DNA of 52,788 nucleotides, from positions 1-52,788 of IMG/VR virus record IMGVR_UViG_3300022707_001565; one strand, 5' to 3'. A model generated the notes under the pieces. The model had not been told where the DNA came from. It searched no databases and worked only from the letters and a program-made list of their open reading frames with translations. Origin of the DNA: a virus. Its lineage: Duplodnaviria > Caudoviricetes. Below are positions 28,874 through 36,736 of the stretch, piece by piece. The stretch's first letter is position 1. Every line of letters begins with the position of its first letter. Position numbers and translations under genes: made by a program.

Positions 28874-29331
28874 GACAGTGGATAATAGTAGACATGGATG
28901 GAACAATTGCAGACTGCAGGCATAGATTGCATTTAATTAAGGATGATGGTAAGAACAGAGAGACGCGCAATTGGTTTCCATTTTTTGAGCAATTGATTAA
29001 TGATGATCCAATATGGCCAATTATTAATCTTATTAAATTATTAGCCACTCAACATCAAATATGCATAATGACAGCGAGAATGATTGAATTTAGTACAGAA
29101 ACGCAATCATGGCTCCAATGGCATGGCGTTATATATGATGAATTGTTAATGCGTCCAGCAGCAGATTTTAGAAATGATGATATTGTTAAAAAGCAATTGT
29201 ATCAAGATTCATTTAAGCAAAGGGATATGCTAAGGAATGTTGCTTTAGTTTTAGAAGATCGTAACAGGTGCGTCAAGATGTGGCGCGAATTAGGCTTAAC
29301 ATGCTTACAGGTTCAAGAAGGGAATTATTGA
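28870..29331 (+). CDS. HAD-superfamily phosphatase (T4 PNK phosphatase-like)
   Basis: VDMDGT motif I, TAR, LLMRP, K, LEDR. Confidence 0.85.
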   Translation: MRQWIIVDMDGTIADCRHRLHLIKDDGKNRETRNWFPFFEQLINDDPIWPIINLIKLLATQHQICIMTARMIEFSTETQSWLQWHGVIYDELLMRPAADFRNDDIVKKQLYQDSFKQRDMLRNVALVLEDRNRCVKMWRELGLTCLQVQEGNY

Positions 29332-30074
29332 TGAGTAATATTGTTGTGACAGGGTGCACAAGCGGATTGGGCGAATTAATTGCTACAAAACTATCAGCAA
29401 ATGGGCATTATATCATTGGCATTGGGCAAGAGGCTGATTTTGATTTGCCTCACATTCATGAATATCATACAGTTGATTTAGCAAGGATGGATGCGCATGC
29501 AAAGTTGGATGCCATTGCACAAGATCACCTGGGATTGGGCCATCGCTTACTTGATTGTGTTATTAATTGCGCAGGCGTTAATATAATAAATTATCTTGAG
29601 AGCGCAACAGAGCATGACTGGTATCAAATGATGGACGTTAATGCAAAGAGCATCTTTTTAACATCCAAAGCATTCTTGTCCAATCTCAGATTAACACACG
29701 GCACCATACTCAATATTATATCAAATGCCAGCCACATGCCAATGACCTGCTCTCTAGCATACAATGCTAGCAAAGGCGCAGCAGAAATAATGACTAAACA
29801 ATTAGCTAGGGAATTAACAAAACGCCATGGCATTACTGTGTTTGGGATAAGCCCAAATAAATTAAAAGGTACAGGTATGAGTGATTCTATTGATAAACAG
29901 GTTATGGAATCGCGTGGATGGAGTTTAGAAGAAACTCAGGAATACCAGCGCAAAGGTTTATTATGCGGTGAAGAAACAGACCCAGTACAATTGGCAGAGT
30001 TCATAGGATTTTTATTAAAGAGCAAAGAGCGTCACAAATATTTAACTGGATGCATCATCCCATACGGACTTTAA
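29331..30074 (+). CDS. Short-chain dehydrogenase/reductase
   Basis: TGCTSGLG, INCAG, catalytic Ser and YNASK; start by TGATG coupling. Confidence 0.9.
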   Translation: MSNIVVTGCTSGLGELIATKLSANGHYIIGIGQEADFDLPHIHEYHTVDLARMDAHAKLDAIAQDHLGLGHRLLDCVINCAGVNIINYLESATEHDWYQMMDVNAKSIFLTSKAFLSNLRLTHGTILNIISNASHMPMTCSLAYNASKGAAEIMTKQLARELTKRHGITVFGISPNKLKGTGMSDSIDKQVMESRGWSLEETQEYQRKGLLCGEETDPVQLAEFIGFLLKSKERHKYLTGCIIPYGL

Positions 30075-30083
30075 GGAACAATC

Positions 30084-30569
30084 ATGGCCATTGAGTTACA
30101 GAAGATAGAACAGATTGCAATTTATAGTGATGATCAGGGTGAGTTGAAATCTGAGTTATCCAAACTTGGGATTACAGAATGGGTTGAAGATATTGTAACT
30201 GCTCATGGATTTGTCTTTGGTAGTGAAGAAACAAAGAGCGTGGCGCATTTATCTTTTAATTATCAACTTGGATATGAATTTGAATTGTTAACATATCTGG
30301 AAGGTGATAATTGGCACAATTCTAGACAGAGTGATGCTTATTTAAGAGGTGATTCATTCCTTAGTCACAAAGGTGTCCACGTAGACAATGCTGATGTGAT
30401 ACGACAACAGATGATTGATATGGGAATTAATATTGCACAGGAATTATGGACTGACCATCACACAAATCCTTATTTAATTGAAAAGAAAAGGAAATTTCAT
30501 TACATTGTTTTTGATACGCAGCATTTATTTGGTTTTGATTATAAAGTCATAGAGAGAATAGAAAAATGA
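30084..30569 (+). CDS. VOC/glyoxalase-fold enzyme (methylmalonyl-CoA epimerase-like)
   Basis: IEQIAI, FELLTY, SHKGVHV, YIVFDT...KVIER beta-alpha-beta-beta-beta pattern. Confidence 0.7.
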   Translation: MAIELQKIEQIAIYSDDQGELKSELSKLGITEWVEDIVTAHGFVFGSEETKSVAHLSFNYQLGYEFELLTYLEGDNWHNSRQSDAYLRGDSFLSHKGVHVDNADVIRQQMIDMGINIAQELWTDHHTNPYLIEKKRKFHYIVFDTQHLFGFDYKVIERIEK

Positions 30570-30940
30570 TAAATACGCCTGACATATTAAAAAAGATGGC
30601 AGAGACATATGCTGAGCGCAATGCAGTGTATGGAGACAACTTTCGCAATGTCGGCAGAATAATGATGATATTATTTCCAGAAGGATTGAACTTAGAATCA
30701 GAAAGTGATTTTACACGCTGGCACATATTTGAATTAATTGTTGTTAAGTTAACCCGCTATTCAATAAACTTTAAAAATGGCGGCCACCCAGATTCCGTGC
30801 ACGATGCTGCTGTTTATAATGCTATGCTTGAAATGCTTGACTATGAATTAACATGTGAGGATGAAGAGGAACATTCAATCTCAGCAAAAGATAAATTCAT
30901 GCAAGGCATTCGCCAGGAGATTAGAAATGATAATATTTGA
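30566..30940 (+). CDS. Putative all-alpha NTP pyrophosphatase-like / nucleotide-modification-associated protein
   Basis: ERNAVYG...KLTRY...DSVHDAAVY resembles the DUF6378/Nmad1-type pattern. Confidence 0.55.
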   Translation: MINTPDILKKMAETYAERNAVYGDNFRNVGRIMMILFPEGLNLESESDFTRWHIFELIVVKLTRYSINFKNGGHPDSVHDAAVYNAMLEMLDYELTCEDEEEHSISAKDKFMQGIRQEIRNDNI

Positions 30941-31469
30941 CACAGAGACAACTGGACTGCCTAAAAAGAAAAACCAGCCAATGGATGAACATCCTGAGAT
31001 TGTAGAATTCGCAGCCATTAAAGTTGACTTTAATACTCTGGAACGAATAGACAGCATGGAATTCCTGTGCAAGCCAATGCGCCCAAGCGATGAAGGTGCA
31101 TTTAAAACCCATGGCATCACAGAAGAAATGCTGAAAGATGAAAAACCTTTCAAGGCGCATTATCTATGGCTGGCTAAATTCTTTTTGGGTGCGCGTTATT
31201 TAGCCGCACACAATGTAAACTTTGATGAATATATGCTCTGGACAGAATTTACACGCATGGATAAAATAACTAAATTCCCATGGCCGCCAGAGCGTATTTG
31301 TACGGTAGAAAAAAGCATGTCAATACAAAACGGGAAACGCAGCAAGCTTGATTTCCTAGTGGAACATTACCTAGGAATTAAAAAGCGTAAAGGTTCCCAC
31401 CGCGCTATGAAAGATGTTGAAGATTTATATGAAGTCATTAAATGCATGAGGGCAGATAATTTATTATAA
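30927..31469 (+). CDS. dnaQ: DEDDh 3'-5' exonuclease (DnaQ/epsilon-like)
   Basis: FDTETTG, AHNVNFD, HRAMKDV. Confidence 0.9.
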   Translation: MIIFDTETTGLPKKKNQPMDEHPEIVEFAAIKVDFNTLERIDSMEFLCKPMRPSDEGAFKTHGITEEMLKDEKPFKAHYLWLAKFFLGARYLAAHNVNFDEYMLWTEFTRMDKITKFPWPPERICTVEKSMSIQNGKRSKLDFLVEHYLGIKKRKGSHRAMKDVEDLYEVIKCMRADNLL

Positions 31470-31484
31470 TCAAAGGAATAAAAG

Positions 31485-32690
31485 ATGAAGTTGACAATAG
31501 AACAGAATGATGCGCTTAATAAAATAAGCAAATGGATAAAAAATACTGACCAGCAAGTATTTTGCTTGGGTGGTTATGCAGGCACAGGCAAAACTACAGT
31601 GCTGCAGGAATTAATTAACAATCTTGATATTGCTCCTGTGTGTTGTGCTCCAACAGGGAAAGCTGCATCAGTATTGAAAAAGAAATTGTATGGAGCAATA
31701 GATGTAAGAACTATTCACAAAGTTTTATATAATCCGCGTGATAGGTCCAAAGCAAAATTAATTGATTTGCAAGTACAAATGAGAAAAAATCCAGCTGATA
31801 AACGGATTGAAATTGCTTACAATAGAGAATTAAAAAAACAAGGTGATGTTACTTTCTCATTAAAAGATATTCACGAAGTGACGCCAAACAGAATTGTTAT
31901 CATTGATGAAAGCTCCATGGTGACAGGAACAATATCAACAGATATAATAAATACAGGGGCTAAGATATTATTTGTTGGTGATCCTGGACAGTTACCTCCT
32001 GTTGGTGATGAAGGTTATTTTAATAAAAGCAACAAAGATTTTATCCTGCAACAAATTCACCGTCAAGCCCTAGGCAGTCCAATCACTGCCCTAGCCAGTG
32101 CTGTACGATTAAATGAACTTGCGCCACCCAAGTCAGATAAAATTAGATGTGTTGGCAGAGGCGTATTACAGGATGAAGATTATTTGAATGCTGGGCAAAT
32201 ATTATGTGGTAAAAATATAACCAGAAGGAAAATGAATAAGTTTATTAGAAAGAAGCTTGGCAAATCAAGCGTGATGCCAACTGAAGGTGAGAAGATTATT
32301 TGTTTAAAAAATAAATATCAAGGGGGAGTGTCGCATTTCATCAATGGAGTGGATGCAATCACTTTATCTGATGCACGATGGGATGAAATGCTACAGTGTT
32401 TTATTTGTGTTATAATGTATGATGGAAAAGAAGTGCCTGTAGCATTTTATGATTATCATTTTAAGTTACATTATGATTCTGAAATAGAGCCAACAGACTG
32501 GCGCGAAAGAGAAGGGCAAGCAGAATTTGATTATGGATATGCAATCACTGTTCATAAATCGCAAGGCAGTGAATGGGATAATATTATAATATGTGATGAT
32601 GGATTTAAAGCGAATGATCATAGCTTCAGACGTAAATGGTTATATACTGCGATAACTCGCGCAAAGGATTCTTTAATATGGATAAAGTAA
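31485..32690 (+). CDS. SF1B helicase (Dda/RecD-like)
   Basis: GYAGTGKTT, IDESSM, GDPGQLPPV, TVHKSQGSEW, YTAITRA. Confidence 0.9.
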   Translation: MKLTIEQNDALNKISKWIKNTDQQVFCLGGYAGTGKTTVLQELINNLDIAPVCCAPTGKAASVLKKKLYGAIDVRTIHKVLYNPRDRSKAKLIDLQVQMRKNPADKRIEIAYNRELKKQGDVTFSLKDIHEVTPNRIVIIDESSMVTGTISTDIINTGAKILFVGDPGQLPPVGDEGYFNKSNKDFILQQIHRQALGSPITALASAVRLNELAPPKSDKIRCVGRGVLQDEDYLNAGQILCGKNITRRKMNKFIRKKLGKSSVMPTEGEKIICLKNKYQGGVSHFINGVDAITLSDARWDEMLQCFICVIMYDGKEVPVAFYDYHFKLHYDSEIEPTDWREREGQAEFDYGYAITVHKSQGSEWDNIIICDDGFKANDHSFRRKWLYTAITRAKDSLIWIK

Positions 32691-32968
32691 TATTTGATAT
32701 TAAAGATGAATCAATTTTTTCTATAAAGTTGATGCAGCAACTTGGCTGTATGCAATTGTTGCTTTATGAATCAGTTTGGGATTTCAATTGGAATATTGGT
32801 TTATTAAAATCCTTTATAGATTTATATAAATCTGATCCCGACGATGAATATATGAATTCTATTAATTATTATAACCGTAATCTTGAGCGTAGTAAAAAAG
32901 AAATTGATGCATGGGTTTTTGGCATTGATCATATAGATAAAAAATTAAGAAATAGGCGAAAAGATTAA
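32678..32968 (+). CDS. Hypothetical protein
   Basis: Likely start MDKVIF, between the helicase and DnaE. Confidence 0.5.
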   Translation: MDKVIFDIKDESIFSIKLMQQLGCMQLLLYESVWDFNWNIGLLKSFIDLYKSDPDDEYMNSINYYNRNLERSKKEIDAWVFGIDHIDKKLRNRRKD

Positions 32969-35809
32969 ATGATCAACATTAAAGTTAGAACAGAATACAG
33001 TTTCAAATATGCCTATGGCCATCTTCAAAAGATAATTGATGCTTGTGATGAAGATTGTATGGGCATCTGTGACAGGAACAGTACATGGGGCCACGTGCAA
33101 TTCCAAAAGAAAATGAAAGAGGCAGGCAAGAAACCTATATTTGGTGTTGAGATTGGTGTGGTTAAAGATGCATTCATAAAAGAAAAACAAGGCTTTAACT
33201 ACATGAGCTTCATTGCAAAAAATAATGACGGGTTAAAAGAAATATATGCACTAGTGACAGAATCCACTAGGAACTTCTACTATGAACCGCGCTTAGATTA
33301 TTCACACATCAGAAATATATCTGAGAATGTTTTTATATTATCAGGCATACTGCCTGACTTTGATCAATTAATAAAACACATGCCAAATTTATATATCGAA
33401 TTGTGCCCTGGATTTATTAATGCACATAATGTGCCGCAATCATATAAAGATAAATTGAAATTTGTAGCAACCAGCAATAATTGTTATCCAAAAATTGAAG
33501 ATAAATTGAATTATACTGTTGCAATAAATTTTGCCAGCGAGCAGACTTATCCTCAGCATATTCTTGATGAATTTGATTGGAAAGAAATATTCCCAGGTTA
33601 TGATGTCAATTATCCTTTAACCAGAGCTAAGATTATAGCAGATCAATGCAATGCAGAATTGCCTAAAGCGCAGATGGTAAAATATCACAGTGATATTAGT
33701 TTGCATGATCTGTGTATTGAGTTGGCTCCAAAAAAGAATATTGATTTATCAGATCCAATTTATAAAGAAAGGTTTGAACGTGAAATTAAACTTATTGATG
33801 AAAAAAATTATAATGATTACTTCTTTGTTATTTGGGATATGTTACGCTATGCCAAACAACATATGCTTGTTGGTCCAGCACGCGGTAGCTCGTGCGGATC
33901 ATTGGTGTGCTTCATTCTCTCCATCACTGAAATTGATCCTATACCCTTCAGCCTTATTTTTGAGCGTTTTATTGACATCAATAGAACTGACATGCCTGAT
34001 ATTGATATTGATTTTCCTGACAATAAACGTGATATGGTTTTTGATTATGCTAAGTCAAAGTATGGTAGTGATTGTGTTGCTCGGCTTGGGACTGTGGCTA
34101 GGTTTAAGGCTAAATCAACAATTACACATGTGGCTAAACAATTAAATATTCCTGCTTGGGAAGTGAATGAATTAAAAGATGCAATCATTGAACGCAGCAG
34201 CGGTGATGCGCGTGCAACATTTTGTATAATGGATACCTTTAAAGAATTAGATATTGGTAAACGAATCATCCAAAAATATCCACACATACAAATTGCCGAA
34301 CAATTAGAAGGGCATGCAACTCATCATGGCCAACATGCAGCTGGTATAGTCGTAACAGAGCACCCTGTTAATTGGTACTGTTCTGTTAATGCACAAAATG
34401 GTGCTACTCAAATTGATAAAGATGATGCTGAAGAATTAAACCTATTAAAAATTGATGCCCTAGGATTGAGAACATTATCAGTAATACAAGATTGCCTAGA
34501 TCAGATTGGTTGGAGCAGAGAGAAAATAATGTGCTGGCCTATTGATGATGAGGGTGCATTTAAAATTTTACAAAATAAAAAGTATGCAGGGATATTTCAA
34601 TTTGAAGGCTATGCGCTACAAAGTTTATGTGGCCAGATGGTCGTGGAAAACTTTGAAGACATTTCAGCCTTGACAGCCCTAGCCAGACCAGGACCGTTGA
34701 TGAGTGGAGGCGCAGCGGAATATGTTGCGAGGCGAACAGGCAAGAAAAAAGTTGAATACATGAACAAGATGGTTGAGGAACTAACCCAAGTAACATTTGG
34801 CGTTATTATTTATCAAGAACAGGTAATGCATATTGCACGCCATGTTGGCAAAATGGAATGGGAGGATGTATCATTTTTAAGAAAAGCAATGAGTAAATCC
34901 CTAGGGAAAGAAATATTTGATAGTTACTGGGAGAAATTCAAAAAAGGTGCTTTGGAAAATGGATTGGCTGAAGATAATGCTAGAGAAATCTGGGACAGTA
35001 TTAATACGATGGGCTCATGGTCTTTTAATAGATCGCACGCAATTGCTTATGGTATGGTTTCTTATTGGACTTGTGTTCTCAAATCAAGATTTCCTATGGA
35101 ATATGCTGCTGCCTGTTTGCGTCATTCTAAAGATGATGAACAATGCATTAAATTGTTAAGGGAGTTGGTGCGTGAAGGTCACAGCTATGTTGACTTTGAT
35201 AAAGATAGATCAGAAATTAACTGGAGTGTGCAAGATGGAATATTGTATGGTGGGTTAACTGGAGTGAAAGGAATTGGATTAAAAACAGCTCAATTGATTA
35301 TGGATAAAAGAAAAGCAGGTGAAGCATTAACTGCAGCGCAACAAAATAAATTAGACAATGCAGCAACGCCTTTTAAACATGCATTCAAACGTGATGCTTT
35401 ATTCAGAGATTTAATTGAGAACCCTGAAAAATATAATATTGCTTCCAAGATAACTGACATTGCAATGATTGATGAAGATAGCAAAGGTGAATTTTTGATA
35501 TTTGGAGAATTAAAAAAGAAAGTCCAGCGTGATCACAATGAATTAAAATTGATTGCCAAGCGTAAATATAAGATGTCTGGCCAAACATTATTTTTAAATT
35601 TAACAATAGAAGATGATACAGGCCCAATCATGTGTACCATTACCAGAGATAAATATAGAAGGCTAGGACATCACATTGTAGAAAATGTTAAAGTTGGATC
35701 ATGGATAATGATCAAAGGGCGAATTGATAGTGCATTCCGATCTATCAAAGTGGCTAGATACAAGATCATTGATCCCAGTGAAGTCGATGTAAGTAGTGTG
35801 ACTGAGTGA
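32969..35809 (+). CDS. dnaE: DNA polymerase III alpha-like (family C, DnaE)
   Basis: PHP domain (TEYS, PIFGVE), GPARGSSCGSLV, FERF, PDIDIDF, HAAG, KIDALGL, FNRSHA, C-terminal OB fold. Confidence 0.95.
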   Translation: MINIKVRTEYSFKYAYGHLQKIIDACDEDCMGICDRNSTWGHVQFQKKMKEAGKKPIFGVEIGVVKDAFIKEKQGFNYMSFIAKNNDGLKEIYALVTESTRNFYYEPRLDYSHIRNISENVFILSGILPDFDQLIKHMPNLYIELCPGFINAHNVPQSYKDKLKFVATSNNCYPKIEDKLNYTVAINFASEQTYPQHILDEFDWKEIFPGYDVNYPLTRAKIIADQCNAELPKAQMVKYHSDISLHDLCIELAPKKNIDLSDPIYKERFEREIKLIDEKNYNDYFFVIWDMLRYAKQHMLVGPARGSSCGSLVCFILSITEIDPIPFSLIFERFIDINRTDMPDIDIDFPDNKRDMVFDYAKSKYGSDCVARLGTVARFKAKSTITHVAKQLNIPAWEVNELKDAIIERSSGDARATFCIMDTFKELDIGKRIIQKYPHIQIAEQLEGHATHHGQHAAGIVVTEHPVNWYCSVNAQNGATQIDKDDAEELNLLKIDALGLRTLSVIQDCLDQIGWSREKIMCWPIDDEGAFKILQNKKYAGIFQFEGYALQSLCGQMVVENFEDISALTALARPGPLMSGGAAEYVARRTGKKKVEYMNKMVEELTQVTFGVIIYQEQVMHIARHVGKMEWEDVSFLRKAMSKSLGKEIFDSYWEKFKKGALENGLAEDNAREIWDSINTMGSWSFNRSHAIAYGMVSYWTCVLKSRFPMEYAAACLRHSKDDEQCIKLLRELVREGHSYVDFDKDRSEINWSVQDGILYGGLTGVKGIGLKTAQLIMDKRKAGEALTAAQQNKLDNAATPFKHAFKRDALFRDLIENPEKYNIASKITDIAMIDEDSKGEFLIFGELKKKVQRDHNELKLIAKRKYKMSGQTLFLNLTIEDDTGPIMCTITRDKYRRLGHHIVENVKVGSWIMIKGRIDSAFRSIKVARYKIIDPSEVDVSSVTE

Positions 35810-35835
35810 ATTAAGACATATGGCCAAAATAGTTG

Positions 35836-35862
35836 TTTACTTTGACCATATGACGTTATACT
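35836..35862 (+). promoter_or_regulatory. Putative early promoter
   Basis: TTTACT-N15-TATACT; near-copy of 11400-11432. Confidence 0.65.
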
Positions 35863-35893
35863 GCACGCATACCCCAAACAAAAGGAATGAAAG

Positions 35894-36736
35894 ATGACTG
35901 CAACAGTTAAAGACCTTGGCCACTTCCCAGCCTCAGACCTTGCATTGGTCTGGAACCTGCTGGCTAAGAAAAGCATTAAACGATTCAGCACCAAAGCCAT
36001 CGCATGGCAACGGCTGAAGAAAGCCTTTTCCCTGGATCAAATTGAGAAAGCTTTTGCCAAACTCGGATTGATTACTGCCAAAAAGGCACAGCCTAAAGCT
36101 GATACTCCACCAGTAGCTGTTGAAAAACAGACTGCTGATGAAGTTATTGCTCATAAGAAGTTAAACAGAGAGCAATGGCTAAATAAGCTGGCAATGGCTA
36201 TGATCCCTCAGTTCAATAAGCTAGGCTATGTCCTGCCCCGTATTGCGATATCATGTGGCTTTACATCTTCAGGTACCCGTGGAACGCGCATTGGCGAATG
36301 CTGGCACGCAAAAGATGGCGGCATTGCAGAAATATTTATCAAACCAGACCAAGTAGACCAATACGAAGTTGCTGGCATCTTGTGTCACGAAATGATTCAC
36401 GCTTGCCTTGGAAGTAAAGTTGGCCATACAAAGCCTTTTGCGGATGCTGCTAAAAAATTAGGTTTGGAAGGCAAGCCAAAGAGCGCAGGCAATGGGCCTG
36501 AGTTTCAGAAATGGGCAAAGCCTTTAATGGAAAAGATTGGTGGGTATCCACAAGAAAAATTAAATTGCTCACCAAATATTAAAGCCCAGAAGCACCCAAA
36601 GATGATTAACATGCGATGCACAAATGATGGATACTTTATAAAGTGTTCTGATTTCTCGCTGGCAATGGCTGTTCCAAAATGTCCTGTGTGTGGCGATGAA
36701 TTACTCACTGCTGCAGAAAGGGGAATGGCGCATTGA
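35894..36736 (+). CDS. SprT-like zinc metalloprotease-domain protein
   Basis: IGECW, LCHEMIHA...GH..PF, C-terminal CPVC. Confidence 0.75.
   Translation: MTATVKDLGHFPASDLALVWNLLAKKSIKRFSTKAIAWQRLKKAFSLDQIEKAFAKLGLITAKKAQPKADTPPVAVEKQTADEVIAHKKLNREQWLNKLAMAMIPQFNKLGYVLPRIAISCGFTSSGTRGTRIGECWHAKDGGIAEIFIKPDQVDQYEVAGILCHEMIHACLGSKVGHTKPFADAAKKLGLEGKPKSAGNGPEFQKWAKPLMEKIGGYPQEKLNCSPNIKAQKHPKMINMRCTNDGYFIKCSDFSLAMAVPKCPVCGDELLTAAERGMAH

Noticed and set aside
27093-30940. Known 7-deazaguanine, 2-aminoadenine or 5-hmdU modification pathways
   Set aside because: No FolE/QueC/QueD/QueE/DpdA, PurZ, ThyA-type hydroxymethylase or glycosyltransferase motifs were recognised.
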